DNA of 52,609 bases from Candidatus Melainabacteria bacterium (GTDB lineage Bacteria; Cyanobacteriota; Vampirovibrionia; LMEP-6097): positions 1 to 52,609 of the forward strand of contig JABHOV010000052.1 in NCBI GenBank assembly GCA_018695135.1, given 5' to 3'. How positions within the stretch are numbered: the first letter of the stretch is position 1; each line of letters starts with the position of its first letter. Both the position numbers and the translations under genes were made by a program. The notes under the pieces were generated by a model that saw nothing but the letters and a program-made list of their open reading frames with translations, had not been told where the DNA came from and did not search any database. Of the stretch, positions 8,596 to 19,540 are shown in pieces.

Positions 8596-11500
8596 ATGCA
8601 ATTCATCGTCCCCATCTCTTTTATATGTTTTTTTCTTAGTGGAGCAGTAGCACTAGTCTATGAATTAACTTGGCTTAGATTGTTAAGACAAATATTTGGT
8701 ACCGACAGCCTGGCTCTTAGTACCATGCTTACAGTTTTCATTGGTGGCATTGCCGTTGGTACTTGGCTTTCTGGAGTCATCATCAATAAATATTTTAGAC
8801 AACATGATTATCAAAGCGAAGAAAAAAACCACATCGTAAGGATGGCGCATAGTTACATCCTTATATATGCTTATGCTTTCATTGAGCTATTACTAGGTGT
8901 CTATGCACTGATGGTGCCATTTTTACTTGGCAGTAATTTCCTTGGCAAGATATGGCTACCATTTGCACAAATCGCAGTTGATAACTTAATGGTCGGCTCT
9001 TTAGTCAAGTTTGTACTTTCAGCAATCCTCTTGATCATTCCAACTCTATTAATTGGGCTTAGTTTTCCATTACTTACAGAACTAATAAATATAGACAAGG
9101 CAGAACACAGGGATTCGCAGTTTGCTGCAAGTAATTTATATGCAGTCAACACTTTTGGTGCCATTATTGGTGCAGCAATTTGCGGATTTTATTTACTACC
9201 TGTATTTGGCTTAGATTTCAGTACCAAGATCGCCGTTCTTGGCAATCTCGCAATTGCAATACTCTGTTATTTTTGTGTATTTTCCAACCGAACAAACTTC
9301 ACAAACGCAAGCCTAATCGGTGTTTGTGACTTTGTCTGCAAATTAGCTAAAGACAATCACGATCCAGACGAGAAGCATGAACATAGTAAAGAATACAAAA
9401 GAGTTAACTACTTACTGCTTTTGATTGCATTTACAATTGGCTTTATCAACCTTGGACTCGAAGTCATTTGGACCAAAGTTTTGACTTTGATTATCGGCTC
9501 ATCTACTTATTCACTAACTATAATCCTAATAGCAGTGCTTGGCGGCATCAGCCTTGGCGCATTCATGCTCAATTACCTAATTAAAATCATCGACAAGTTC
9601 AATCTAAGCTACAAAAGCTTTCTTAATTACTCACTCTTGAGCTTCGCTTGTTTAATAACAATCTCATCATCATTTTTCAATAAAGCGCCTTGGTATTTTT
9701 TAAACCTCAACCAAACAATAGAAAACATCTTAGGTTACTCACCATGGCTACTCTCAAACATAATCAAGTTCATGAGCATTGCTGCAATCATAATTCCAGT
9801 CACTGCCTTTGAAGGCTTGATATTTGCCTTTGTACTTTATCTAGTTTCTGGCAAAACCAACATGATAGAGAACCGCAAGCTAGAACCCGTTGGCACAAGG
9901 GTTTCCAAGGCATCATACATCAATACCTTTGGTGCTATTACCGGCTCATTCCTGACTGGCTTTGTACTCATTCCCCTGTTTAGCAAATTTGGCAGCGGCA
10001 CTTATGGCTGCTTGATCACATTAATCTGCATTGCATTTGCTCTTGCTCTTTTTACCAATTTATATGATTCCAAGTTTAATCCACTGGCTATCGCAACGAT
10101 AATCGCTTGCTTGCTGAGTATTAACTTTCTGCCGAAACTAGACGCCAATGAAATCTCTAGTGGAATTGCTGTCTACAAAGGCATGAAATATAAATCAATC
10201 ACCAAGAAGGATTACAAGCGCGCCATCTCAGAGCAGATATTAATGCACGAGGAAGGCATCAATAGTATCGTCACAGTAGTAGAAAACAAAGCAGCTAATG
10301 CAATCTTCTTAAAGACAAACGGCAAAATAGAAGCAGGAATGCCAATCAATCCTGAAGATCCATCCAAAGCCGACATGACGACTCAAGTGCTGCTTGGTCA
10401 ATTGCCAATCTTCGTCAAACCCAATATAGAAAAAGCTTTGCTCATAGGCATGGGCTCAGGCATTAGCCACAAGTCCCTACTCAAAATCGGTGCCAAAGCT
10501 CAGCTCAAACAAGTAGAGGTTTGTGAAATTGAAGAACTAGTTTACAAAGCAGCAGGTAAATATTTCAATGCAGTAATGACAAAGGACTATGGTCCAATTA
10601 AGCTTAATCATCATATGGCCGACGCCCGAAATTTCTTGATAGCCAATAAAACGAAACAAGGAGCAGGTACACTTTATGACCTAATAATCTCCCAACCTTC
10701 TGATCCATGGATTTCAGCAAATCTATTTACTGAAGAATTTTGGCAACTAGCATCTTCTAACCTCAATGAAGATGGGATCTTTGAACAATGGATTCAACTA
10801 TATTCAATTGACCCCAAACATCTAGAAATCGCCTTACGTACTTTTAGTCAGGTCTTCCCAAATAGCATGGCATTCAAGCCTGGAGACGCCGCTGAGCTGC
10901 TACTAATTGGCTCAAAGCAAGAGCTGGAGCTTGATAGCAAGAAGATCAATGAGCTCATGAAATACAAAGAAGTCAAACAAGAACTTTCTTATATTGGCAT
11001 TAATGATGATGCTGATTTACTATCCAACCTAGTCTTAAGCCCAGCAGCAATCAATAAATTATTAAACCGCAAAGCCGGTAACCAAGCACATCACAACATC
11101 AAGATCTTAAAATACATCACCAAGATTGATGCTGGTACTCATGAATACAAACCTAAGCTAGCTAATCAACACAATGAAGAAGAGAATGATAAAAAACCTA
11201 GCAAACAAAAATTAAATACCGATGACAATATGTTGCTTGAATTTCACACTCCAAAGCAGCTTAGTCAGTTTTATCAAACCATCAAGACCAATCTTAGTTA
11301 TATAGAAAAACATAGTAACCCTGCAGATATTATTGAGTACCTTGCCTTACAAAAAGACAGTAGTCTCCTTACTAGAATCGCCATGGCACACAGTCAAAGC
11401 AGTTCAAAACCACACCCCAAGCTAGCTCTCGGGATCGCTGAGCAAATGCATGAGATCAATAAGACACCAGCCAGCTATCTAGCGCTCTACCACATCCACA

Positions 11501-12348
11501 AAAACAATATGAACGACGAAGAAGCTGACTCATTAATTTATCAAGCCGAATCACGCTTTGCTGACATGGTGATGAGTGGCAAAAAATCACAAGTGATAAT
11601 CTTTGAAGGCTTAATGGGAGAGACCAAATTAGATAGTTATCAACTTGCAAGCCTGGCACAAATCTATATGCATGATCAATCTTGGGACAAAGCTCAGGCA
11701 TTAATTGATAGAGCAATAGAAATCGATCCAGCTAACAATCAACTCAAAATTGTCAAAGCTCAAATCACTTTCCAAAAAGTAAAACAATTTCAGTATCCAG
11801 ACAATAGGCTCAAAACTAGAGACCTGGCACTAAGCCTTGATTTATATGAAGACGCTCTCAATGCTGATGAATTCAGTATCGACGCCTATCGCGGGCTAGC
11901 GAGATTCCATCTCTTTAAAGCCGCTCAGAGCAAGGGTGCTGAAGCTGAAAGACTAAAACGAATCGCCATCAAAAAATGCACCAACGCACTTGAGCTCAAC
12001 CCCAAATCTTGGTCTTTACAACTTGAACTAGCCAAGATTTATTTATCCAGTTTGCCTGATTCACAATTAGAACTAATGAAAAACCCAGGTGACAAATTAG
12101 AAAGCGCTATCAAATTCTTAAGCAATAGTTTAGTGCTCAAGCCTGACTCCATCGAAGCTAATTACGAGATGTCTCAATTACAATATCTCATCGGTAATAT
12201 TGACTTAGCCTACAAACACTCAATGCTACTAGAAGAACTCTGCGCAGAAGGTTCTAGCTGCGTTGATATACTCGGCACCCAAAGACTCGACAAAGCTAAG
12301 AGCCTCAATGAAAAGCTCGATAAAATCGCTAACGGGAATTTAAGCTAA
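8596..12348 (+). CDS. fused membrane (MFS-like)/spermidine-synthase-like protein with C-terminal TPR region
   Basis: FFLSGAVALVYELTW, YAVNTFGA, many TM helices, LLIGMGSG...EIE...DAR...DLIISQPSDPW; TPR-like tail; ATG 8596 preferred because GTG 8548 lies inside the repeat. Confidence 0.85.
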   Translation: MQFIVPISFICFFLSGAVALVYELTWLRLLRQIFGTDSLALSTMLTVFIGGIAVGTWLSGVIINKYFRQHDYQSEEKNHIVRMAHSYILIYAYAFIELLLGVYALMVPFLLGSNFLGKIWLPFAQIAVDNLMVGSLVKFVLSAILLIIPTLLIGLSFPLLTELINIDKAEHRDSQFAASNLYAVNTFGAIIGAAICGFYLLPVFGLDFSTKIAVLGNLAIAILCYFCVFSNRTNFTNASLIGVCDFVCKLAKDNHDPDEKHEHSKEYKRVNYLLLLIAFTIGFINLGLEVIWTKVLTLIIGSSTYSLTIILIAVLGGISLGAFMLNYLIKIIDKFNLSYKSFLNYSLLSFACLITISSSFFNKAPWYFLNLNQTIENILGYSPWLLSNIIKFMSIAAIIIPVTAFEGLIFAFVLYLVSGKTNMIENRKLEPVGTRVSKASYINTFGAITGSFLTGFVLIPLFSKFGSGTYGCLITLICIAFALALFTNLYDSKFNPLAIATIIACLLSINFLPKLDANEISSGIAVYKGMKYKSITKKDYKRAISEQILMHEEGINSIVTVVENKAANAIFLKTNGKIEAGMPINPEDPSKADMTTQVLLGQLPIFVKPNIEKALLIGMGSGISHKSLLKIGAKAQLKQVEVCEIEELVYKAAGKYFNAVMTKDYGPIKLNHHMADARNFLIANKTKQGAGTLYDLIISQPSDPWISANLFTEEFWQLASSNLNEDGIFEQWIQLYSIDPKHLEIALRTFSQVFPNSMAFKPGDAAELLLIGSKQELELDSKKINELMKYKEVKQELSYIGINDDADLLSNLVLSPAAINKLLNRKAGNQAHHNIKILKYITKIDAGTHEYKPKLANQHNEEENDKKPSKQKLNTDDNMLLEFHTPKQLSQFYQTIKTNLSYIEKHSNPADIIEYLALQKDSSLLTRIAMAHSQSSSKPHPKLALGIAEQMHEINKTPASYLALYHIHKNNMNDEEADSLIYQAESRFADMVMSGKKSQVIIFEGLMGETKLDSYQLASLAQIYMHDQSWDKAQALIDRAIEIDPANNQLKIVKAQITFQKVKQFQYPDNRLKTRDLALSLDLYEDALNADEFSIDAYRGLARFHLFKAAQSKGAEAERLKRIAIKKCTNALELNPKSWSLQLELAKIYLSSLPDSQLELMKNPGDKLESAIKFLSNSLVLKPDSIEANYEMSQLQYLIGNIDLAYKHSMLLEELCAEGSSCVDILGTQRLDKAKSLNEKLDKIANGNLS

Positions 12349-12357
12349 TGCACCAAA

Positions 12358-12418
12358 TTCATCTATTTCTAATAGAATCATACACAAATGTGGTATAATT
12401 CTATTAGAAATAGATGAA
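12358..12418. promoter_or_regulatory. 21-bp perfect inverted repeat over TA promoter and start codon (putative operator)
   Basis: TTCATCTATTTCTAATAGAAT / ATTCTATTAGAAATAGATGAA flanking TGGTATAAT. Confidence 0.7.
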
Positions 12419-12734
12419 AAACGACGATAAAATCCAAATTCCATTAAATAGTCAACTCAAGGATGACTTTAAAGATAAATGTGAGAACATTGGATTTTCC
12501 TCTGTGAATGAAGCATTGAGAGTATTGATTCACAATTTTACCTACAACAACAATATCACTCTTCAGTTAATGAATCTAAATACAAAACCTATTCCACAAA
12601 ATCTGGACCATGAACTATTAGACAAAGAGACAGATCGACGCTTAGATGAAGCCTATCAAGCAATCAAGGATGGTGAGTATACAGCAGTAGATAGTTCAAA
12701 AAGTAACTGGCTCAAAAGACACCTTGAAAGCTAA
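12414..12734 (+). CDS. putative antitoxin (RelB/DinJ-like ribbon-helix-helix)
   Basis: KIQIPLNSQLKDDF...GFSSVNEALRVL; acidic C-terminus; TAATG overlap with the toxin gene. Confidence 0.7.
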   Translation: MKNDDKIQIPLNSQLKDDFKDKCENIGFSSVNEALRVLIHNFTYNNNITLQLMNLNTKPIPQNLDHELLDKETDRRLDEAYQAIKDGEYTAVDSSKSNWLKRHLES

Positions 12735-13021
12735 TGTACAAATTAATATTCACCAAACCTTTTGACAGAGACTTACGTAAGTTTTGCAAAAATAGAGAGC
12801 AGCTAATCAATAGAATTGAAAAAGTATTAGACATACTACAGGCTGATCCTTTTCACGAAATTCTCAGAACCCACAAAGTCAATAGTAAAAACCATGGCAC
12901 AGCTTTTAGCTCAAGAATTAATGGTGATCTCAGAATAATATGGAATTTTTCTCAGGACAAGATACAAATATTCTTACTTGATATTGGTGGGCATTCAGGT
13001 AAGGATAAAGTTTATAGTTAA
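12734..13021 (+). CDS. RelE/YafQ-superfamily toxin
   Basis: YKLIFTKPFDRDL, DPFHEILRTHK, SRINGDLRII, LDIGGH. Confidence 0.85.
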   Translation: MYKLIFTKPFDRDLRKFCKNREQLINRIEKVLDILQADPFHEILRTHKVNSKNHGTAFSSRINGDLRIIWNFSQDKIQIFLLDIGGHSGKDKVYS

Positions 13022-13102
13022 ACTAGATTAGAGCCTGTTCGAAAGTATCTCAACAAGGTGCAAATTTATTCAGAGATTGTCAAGCTCATTGGTATAGTAA
13101 AC

Positions 13103-13227
13103 AAAAGCTATCTCGAAAGTTCGAGAACGAGGCTTTTTTCGAGTAGCGGAACGGAGTTGGCTGAGCCGCCAATGTAGTGAGCAACACAGGAAAGTAACGA
13201 AGTTATCGGGCTTTCCAGGTAGCTTTT
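13103..13227. mobile_element. MITE/RPE-like palindromic element abutting clpC stop
   Basis: TIR AAAAGCTATCTCGAAAGTTCGAGAAC vs GTTATCGGGCTTTCCAGGTAGCTTTT; 21-bp core GAGTTGGCTGAGCCGCCAATG also present in acs. Confidence 0.8.
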
Positions 13228-15949
13228 AAGCTGTTTTGTTGCCTGCGGGTTCTTTAGATGCTCCCCCTACGCTCGCACCAGTACTAGACAGCGTCAAGAC
13301 CTTATTCTTAGTCTTAATAGTAGATTTCTTCAAAGCTTCTTGTTCTTCTTCTGTGTATTGTCCAATCACTTCAAATTTAACTTTGGCTTTAATAAGAGCT
13401 TGTCTAATATCAGCTTCTTTTGTATCGTCAGTAGGTTGTTTTTCTTCCTTACTATAATCTTTTTCCTTAGGAAACTCTGCATCAAACACTAATGACGCTT
13501 TTACTTTGTTACCAGCACCAAGTCTCTCATTAATAAGTTCATCAGAGATCTCATCTTCCAAAAGCTTTTGTATAGAGCGTTTCATTGGTCTTGCACCAAA
13601 AGCACGTTTGTAACCTTCTGTAGCGACTTTGTCTTTAACATCATCGGTAAGCTCAATAGTCATTCCGTGTTCTTTTAATCTAAGTTCAAGTTCTTTAATT
13701 AAGATGTTAACGATCAAGCGCATATCATCTCTATTAAGGTGTCTAAAGACAACAACATCATCAAGTCTGTTAATAAACTCAGGCTTGAATGCTCGTTTCA
13801 CTTCTTCCATTACGGCTTCTTTCATACGTTGGTATTCATTTTCTTCTGCCTTCTCTTTATTACCAGAGAAGAATCCAATTCCACCAGTATTAGACATTCT
13901 GTTGGCACCAACATTGGAAGTCATAATAATGATTGTATTTTTGAAACTAACTTTACGTCCTCGACTATCAGTCAAATGACCATCATCAAGCATTTGTAAC
14001 ATGACATTGAATACATCAGGATGACCTTTTTCAATCTCATCAAAAAGTACAACACTATAAGGCTTACGTCTAACAGCTTCAGTCAACTGACCACCATCTC
14101 CGTAACCAACATAGCCAGGAGGTGAACCAATTAATTTACTAACTGTATGTTTCTCCATATACTCTGACATATCAACTCTAATCAAGTTCTCTGCACTACC
14201 AAAGAAGTAGTCAGCAAGTACTTTTGCAAGTTCTGTTTTACCAACACCAGTTGGTCCACAAAAAATAAACGAACCAATTGGACGTTCTGGGTTTTTCAAG
14301 CCTGAACGAGCTCTTCTAATTGCTTTAGAAACAGCAGTAACTGCAGGGTCTTGTCCAATCACTCTGCAATGAATAATATCTTCCATATTCTTGAGCTTTT
14401 CATTCTCGCCTTTTTTCAGGTCACCGATCGGGATACCTGTCCAACATGAAACAATATGAGCAATCTCTTCTTCTTCAACTTTGGGTTTATTTTTCTCCTG
14501 CTCTTTTTTCCATTCTTCTTGGATTTCTCTAATCTTGTCTCTTAAATCATTTTCTTCATCACGCAATTGTGAAGCTTTTTCAAATTCTTGATTACGAATT
14601 GCTTCTTCTTTATTACGAGAGATTTTAGTTAAATCATTTTCTAGTTCTTTACCTTCTGGCGGCAATGAGCTAGCACGAAGCCTAACTCTCGATGAAGCTT
14701 CATCGACTAAATCGATTGCTTTATCAGGAAGGAATCTGTCAAAGATATATCTATCAGATAAAGTAGCAGCAGCTTCAATTGCTTTATCAGTAATGATCAG
14801 CTTGTGGTGATCTTCATATTTTTGTCTAAGTCCTCTAAGAATATCGATTGTTTCTTCCACGGATGGGGAGTTGATTACAACCGGCTGAAATCTACGTTCA
14901 AGTGCAGCATCACGCTCGATATGTTTACGATACTCATCAAGAGTAGTAGTACCAATACATTGCAGCTCACCACGTGCTAGAGCAGGTTTGAGAATATTGG
15001 CAGCATCAATAGCTCCCTCTGCAGCACCTGCACCAATTAAAGTATGCAACTCGTCAATTACTAACATGATATTGCCAGCACTACGAATCTCATCCATGAT
15101 TTTTTTCAGTCTTTCTTCAAACTCACCACGGTATTTAGTACCAGCGACTAATAAACCAAGGTCTAGCATAACTAACTTCTTGCCATCTAATAATTCAGGT
15201 ATATCATCTGAAACTATACGCGAAGCGAGTCCTTCACTAACTGCTGTTTTACCAACACCAGGTTCACCAATTAAAACTGGATTGTTTTTAGTTCTTCTTC
15301 CAAGTATTTGAATAACTCTTTCAATTTCTTCTGCTCTTCCAATAACAGGATCAAGACGTCCTTCTTGAGCAGCGAGCGTAAGGTCAGTACCAAACTCATC
15401 AAGAGTTGGAGTTCTAGTTCTACCACCTTGCTGAGCGCTACCGGCTTTACCAGCACCACTAGAACCTACTCCTAGTAAGGATCCGCCTGTAGCACCACTT
15501 GTGTCAGCGCTAGAAGATTCACCAAGTAATCTAATAATATGTTGTCTAACTTTGGCAAGATCTACTCCCAAGTTATCAAGTACTCTTGCAGCAACTCCTT
15601 CGCCTTCACGAATCAAACCTAATAAAAGATGCTCAGTACCAATATAGTTGTGACCAAATTGTCTCGCTTCATCCCAACTCAATTCAAGAACTCTTTTGGC
15701 TCTTGGTGTGAAGGGGATCTCAACAGCGACAAATCCAGAACCTCGTCCAATAATTTTTTCTACTTCAACTCTAGCGTCTTTGAGATTAACTCCCATTGAC
15801 TTGAGTGTCTTAGCAGCAACTCCAGTGCCTTCACCAATCAATCCCAGTAGTACTTGCTCAGTACCAACAAAATTGTGTCCCAAACGTCTAGCTTCTTCTT
15901 GAGCTAACATTATTACTTTTATGGCTTTCTCTGTAAATCTTTCAAACAT
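13226..15949 (-). CDS. clpC: ATP-dependent Clp protease ATP-binding subunit
   Basis: [33 protein letters not shown]-domain, two Walker A motifs ([16 protein letters not shown]), UVR coiled coil. Confidence 0.98.
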   Translation of the reverse strand: MFERFTEKAIKVIMLAQEEARRLGHNFVGTEQVLLGLIGEGTGVAAKTLKSMGVNLKDARVEVEKIIGRGSGFVAVEIPFTPRAKRVLELSWDEARQFGHNYIGTEHLLLGLIREGEGVAARVLDNLGVDLAKVRQHIIRLLGESSSADTSGATGGSLLGVGSSGAGKAGSAQQGGRTRTPTLDEFGTDLTLAAQEGRLDPVIGRAEEIERVIQILGRRTKNNPVLIGEPGVGKTAVSEGLASRIVSDDIPELLDGKKLVMLDLGLLVAGTKYRGEFEERLKKIMDEIRSAGNIMLVIDELHTLIGAGAAEGAIDAANILKPALARGELQCIGTTTLDEYRKHIERDAALERRFQPVVINSPSVEETIDILRGLRQKYEDHHKLIITDKAIEAAATLSDRYIFDRFLPDKAIDLVDEASSRVRLRASSLPPEGKELENDLTKISRNKEEAIRNQEFEKASQLRDEENDLRDKIREIQEEWKKEQEKNKPKVEEEEIAHIVSCWTGIPIGDLKKGENEKLKNMEDIIHCRVIGQDPAVTAVSKAIRRARSGLKNPERPIGSFIFCGPTGVGKTELAKVLADYFFGSAENLIRVDMSEYMEKHTVSKLIGSPPGYVGYGDGGQLTEAVRRKPYSVVLFDEIEKGHPDVFNVMLQMLDDGHLTDSRGRKVSFKNTIIIMTSNVGANRMSNTGGIGFFSGNKEKAEENEYQRMKEAVMEEVKRAFKPEFINRLDDVVVFRHLNRDDMRLIVNILIKELELRLKEHGMTIELTDDVKDKVATEGYKRAFGARPMKRSIQKLLEDEISDELINERLGAGNKVKASLVFDAEFPKEKDYSKEEKQPTDDTKEADIRQALIKAKVKFEVIGQYTEEEQEALKKSTIKTKNKVLTLSSTGASVGGASKEPAGNKTA

Positions 15950-16065
15950 TGTATTTTAGTTCCTTTCTATATTATTCACTTATTTAGCTCTACTGTATCA
16001 ATTCATTAGGTCGAATTAATAAATATAAAGTACGCTGAAAACCCCTATTGATGAGTAATACACAT

Positions 16066-16156
16066 TAGTGCGCTTTGTGCACTAGCCCATAGCGTCTTCG
16101 ACGCCTGCATTGCATACGCCACTTCGTGAACTTATGCAACGAGTAAAGCGAGCACA
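16066..16156. repeat. cluster of short hairpins
   Basis: TAGTGCGC-TTT-GTGCACTA, GCGTC-TTC-GACGC, TTGCATA...CAC-TTC-GTG...TATGCAA. Confidence 0.6.
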
Positions 16157-16159
16157 AAC

Positions 16160-16191
16160 AAAAAGGATTCAACTTTCATTGAATCCTTTTT
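16160..16191 (-). terminator. intrinsic terminator downstream of LuxR-type gene
   Basis: AAAAAGGATTCAA-CTTTCA-TTGAATCCTTTTT. Confidence 0.75.
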
Positions 16192-16226
16192 AAGATATTA
16201 GGAAAATTCCACTCAAAATTTCGCTA

Positions 16227-16952
16227 TTATTTAGATACGGCTGTTTTTGAGTTGTTCATTGTAACTCTCATTAATGACTCTAAGTCATGTTTTAGAGCAT
16301 AAAGAACAGCTTGAGTTCTATCATTAACTTTCAGTTTAGTAAATACGTTATTGATATGGGTTTTAACTGTTGATTCAGAGATAAACAATTTTTGTGCAAC
16401 GCTCTTATAGTTAAGACCTTCAGACAAGTACTTAAGTACTTCCGCTTCTCTTTCAGTAAGCAATTCAAGATTACCGAAATTAGCATTAGCATTTGTAAGT
16501 ACTGATTGTTTCTCATTAACCAGATTTCTGATTGACTTGTTTATTGCAAAGTCAAGGAACAATTGAGCTGCTTCAGCAGATTCAATTGCAAAAGATAAGG
16601 TTCTGTCAGCTCTTTCGCTTAGTAGCCAAGCGCAAAGGTTAGCTGCTAGATACAAGTTCAAGATTATATCTTCTGGTATAGATTTTGAGATAAAAATGAC
16701 TTTAGTATTAGGTGAAGCTTCAGCAATTTCGCTAAACATCTCATTCATTGTTTTACGACCAGGCAATTCGCTAGTAACAATAATAATTTGAGGTTTTCTA
16801 GCTTGTACTGCTTGTATTAAAGCTTCTTGATAGTCGACTCTATCAATTCTGTTGTATCCAGCCATATTCAATTCTTTAGTAATTTGAACGGTCGACTGAA
16901 CTGGACTCAAGGCAATAACTGCCTCTCGGGTTTGGTTTTGTTGTGTTGTCAT
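16227..16952 (-). CDS. NarL/LuxR-family regulator with atypical receiver domain
   Basis: LTEREAEVL...ISESTVKTHINNVFTKL..DRTQAV HTH; AGGAG 8 nt before ATG 16952. Confidence 0.9.
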   Translation of the reverse strand: MTTQQNQTREAVIALSPVQSTVQITKELNMAGYNRIDRVDYQEALIQAVQARKPQIIIVTSELPGRKTMNEMFSEIAEASPNTKVIFISKSIPEDIILNLYLAANLCAWLLSERADRTLSFAIESAEAAQLFLDFAINKSIRNLVNEKQSVLTNANANFGNLELLTEREAEVLKYLSEGLNYKSVAQKLFISESTVKTHINNVFTKLKVNDRTQAVLYALKHDLESLMRVTMNNSKTAVSK

Positions 16953-17092
16953 GAGTGGGGCTCCTGTTGGGGTTATGTGGAACTCTGGAAGATTTGTATT
17001 ACCAAAGCTCACCCTACTGATATAGGCCCAAAAAGGGAAAGTCCCCTAGGGATAACCCCATAGATAGATGTAAAATTTCTTACTATCGGTAT

Positions 17093-17119
17093 ATATCGGC
17101 AAAAGTCAAGTAAACTTGA
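17093..17119 (-). promoter_or_regulatory. putative sigma28 promoter
   Basis: minus strand TCAA-N15-GCCGATAT. Confidence 0.65.
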
Positions 17120-17215
17120 ATTAAAATTTGTTAATATTTCATTTTTTCAAAGAAAATTGGAACAATTTAACTATGGCATAACAAACTTGTAATTTCCACG
17201 ATGAAAATAAAATAT

Positions 17216-17370
17216 AAAGTTTTGCTATGAATTTAACTTACTCGGCTGCAAGCAACCGAGTTTTTCAAGTTAAATTCATCATTTTCTTCGAAAATGACCG
17301 GCAAAACTTTGATCGTCATTCCGTTCAATCCTTCGTGAGCAAGCTCTCAAGTTTTCACTCCATTCGGAAT
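17216..17370. repeat. branched palindrome plus degenerate CGTC element
   Basis: AAAGTTTTGC/GCAAAACTTT, ATGAATTTAACTT/AAGTTAAATTCAT, ACTCGG/CCGAGT, TCATTTTC-TTC-GAAAATGA; then CGTCATTCCG...CGGAAT. Confidence 0.7.
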
Positions 17371-17524
17371 AAATTAAAGCCATAGAGCAGGACTAAAGAT
17401 ATATCCGAGCCAAACGATGTAGTATCGACGATCTGCATTAAGCAGGGGAGCTTTTTTGTATTACGGATAGAGGATTCAGTACTGAAAATCTCATTGAAGC
17501 ATATAAGTGATAGAATCACATAAA

Positions 17525-19531
17525 ATGAAGAAACTCCCAACCACTCTACCATTTATCATCTTGATTCTATTTCTGTCATTATTTGCAATTAGCTTAATGG
17601 GACAAGAAAAACAACGCAATATTCTAAGCTATAGCGATTTCATTAAACGAGTATTACCATCAGACGGTAGTGCATCAACAGCATATAAGGTAGAACTAAC
17701 CAATGGTGAGGATGTTGCCAAAATAGAGGACAAGAGCGGAGACGTTTACTACGCAAGAGTTCCAGCCAATCTTTTAGGTGCAAACCCAGAACTGGCAGAT
17801 AAATTAGTTAAACAAGGTATACAAGTAGATGTAAAAGCTCAACAAGGAGATAGTATCTGGGCTGGGATTATTTCCAATCTCTTAGTACCACTTATACTTT
17901 TTGGTCTTTTGATGTTCATGTTACGCAATGCTGGCGGCGCTGGTGGACCGATGTCATTCGGCAAAAGTCGTGCCAAACTCATGACTCGCAACACCAATAT
18001 CAGTTTTGATGATGTTGCTGGTATCGAAGAAAGTAAACAAGAACTTGAAGAGATCGTTGACTTTCTCAAAAATTCAGTGAAATATACATCACTGGGAGCC
18101 AAAATCCCCAAAGGAGTAATCCTAGTTGGACCTCCAGGTTGTGGTAAAACCCTCTTAGCCAAGGCTGTTGCCGGTGAAGCAGGTGTACCATTCTTTACAA
18201 TCTCCGGTTCAGACTTTGTAGAAATGTTTGTTGGTGTTGGAGCAAGTAGAGTTAGAGATCTTTTTGAACAAGCCAAGAAAAATGCTCCTTGCATAATTTT
18301 CATTGACGAAATTGATGCAGTTGGAAGACAGCGTAGTGGTATGTCCGGTGGTGGTAATGATGAGCGTGAACAAACTCTAAACCAATTATTAGTTGAGATG
18401 GATGGCTTCCAGCCTAATAGTGGGATCATTGTTTTGGCTGCAACCAATAGACCAGACGTACTCGATAAAGCATTATTAAGACCAGGTCGCTTTGACCGCA
18501 AGGTCAGCATTGACACTCCTGATCTTAATGGACGTACAGATATTCTTAATGTGCACGTGCGCGGTAAGCCTCTCTCCCAGGACGTTGACACAGATACACT
18601 TGCCAAACGTACACCAGGATTTTCGGGTGCCGATTTAGCTAATCTCATTAACGAGGCGGCAATTCTTGCAGCAAGAGAGGAAGCGAAAGATATTTCAATG
18701 AGACATCTTGAAGAAGCTATCGACAAAGTTGCGATTGGACCAGAGAAAAAAAGTAAAATCATCAAACCCAAGGATCAGGTTTGCACTGCGATACATGAAA
18801 CAGGTCACACCTTAACTAGCATCTACTATGAATCTAGTAATGAGTTTCACAAGGTGACTATCATCCCAAGAGGAATGGCACTTGGTTTAACTTGGTCAAC
18901 TGAAGAAGAGTACAAAGTATCTCAGTCAGAAGATCAGCTCAAAACTGAAATGCGTGTACTACTCGCTGGCAGAGCAGCAGAAGAAATCATATTTGGCAAA
19001 GGTAATGTCACTAGCGGCGCATCCAATGACATGGAACGTTGTACTGCGATTGCTCGTGCCATGATTACCAGATTTGGCATGAACCAAAGTCTTGGTATTG
19101 TTGCTTACGGTGAAAAACATGGTAATCCATATCTTGAAGGAGAATACACCTCAAAGAACTACAGTGAAGCCTATGCCAATAAAATAGATCAAGAAGTACA
19201 AGTCTTAATCCAAGCACTCTACGAAGAGGTTAAAGCCAAGCTGATAGGACATAGAGAACAGTTACTTGCCGTCTCACAAATCCTCTTGCAAAAAGAAACT
19301 CTAAACAAAGAAGAAGTATTTGCTGTTCTTGAAGAAATCAAAAATGGCAAATTTGTCAAAATCCCTTTTGAGAATTTCATTGATCTAGCAAGCACCAGAA
19401 CTCCAGAGAGAGTCAAGACCCTTATCAAAGAAGAATCTGACAAACGTAAATCAGAAAGAGAAAGACTTAGAGCGATTGACAAACAAAGAGAACAAAACTC
19501 TGAAGAAGGCGACCAACGCAAAGTTGGCTAG
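17525..19531 (+). CDS. ftsH: ATP-dependent zinc metalloprotease FtsH
   Basis: Two TMs, [31 protein letters not shown]; ATG 17525 preferred. Confidence 0.98.
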   Translation: MKKLPTTLPFIILILFLSLFAISLMGQEKQRNILSYSDFIKRVLPSDGSASTAYKVELTNGEDVAKIEDKSGDVYYARVPANLLGANPELADKLVKQGIQVDVKAQQGDSIWAGIISNLLVPLILFGLLMFMLRNAGGAGGPMSFGKSRAKLMTRNTNISFDDVAGIEESKQELEEIVDFLKNSVKYTSLGAKIPKGVILVGPPGCGKTLLAKAVAGEAGVPFFTISGSDFVEMFVGVGASRVRDLFEQAKKNAPCIIFIDEIDAVGRQRSGMSGGGNDEREQTLNQLLVEMDGFQPNSGIIVLAATNRPDVLDKALLRPGRFDRKVSIDTPDLNGRTDILNVHVRGKPLSQDVDTDTLAKRTPGFSGADLANLINEAAILAAREEAKDISMRHLEEAIDKVAIGPEKKSKIIKPKDQVCTAIHETGHTLTSIYYESSNEFHKVTIIPRGMALGLTWSTEEEYKVSQSEDQLKTEMRVLLAGRAAEEIIFGKGNVTSGASNDMERCTAIARAMITRFGMNQSLGIVAYGEKHGNPYLEGEYTSKNYSEAYANKIDQEVQVLIQALYEEVKAKLIGHREQLLAVSQILLQKETLNKEEVFAVLEEIKNGKFVKIPFENFIDLASTRTPERVKTLIKEESDKRKSERERLRAIDKQREQNSEEGDQRKVG

Positions 19532-19540
19532 AATAAAGTC

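Noticed and set aside
13028-13060. GAGCCTGTT as an IS5-family end remnant
   Set aside because: No partner inverted repeat or transposase fragment found
17839-18771. 310 aa antisense ORF and similar shadow ORFs inside clpC, alaS, rne, recJ and the subtilase
   Set aside because: Opposite-strand or alternate-frame shadows of well-conserved genes with no recognisable motifs
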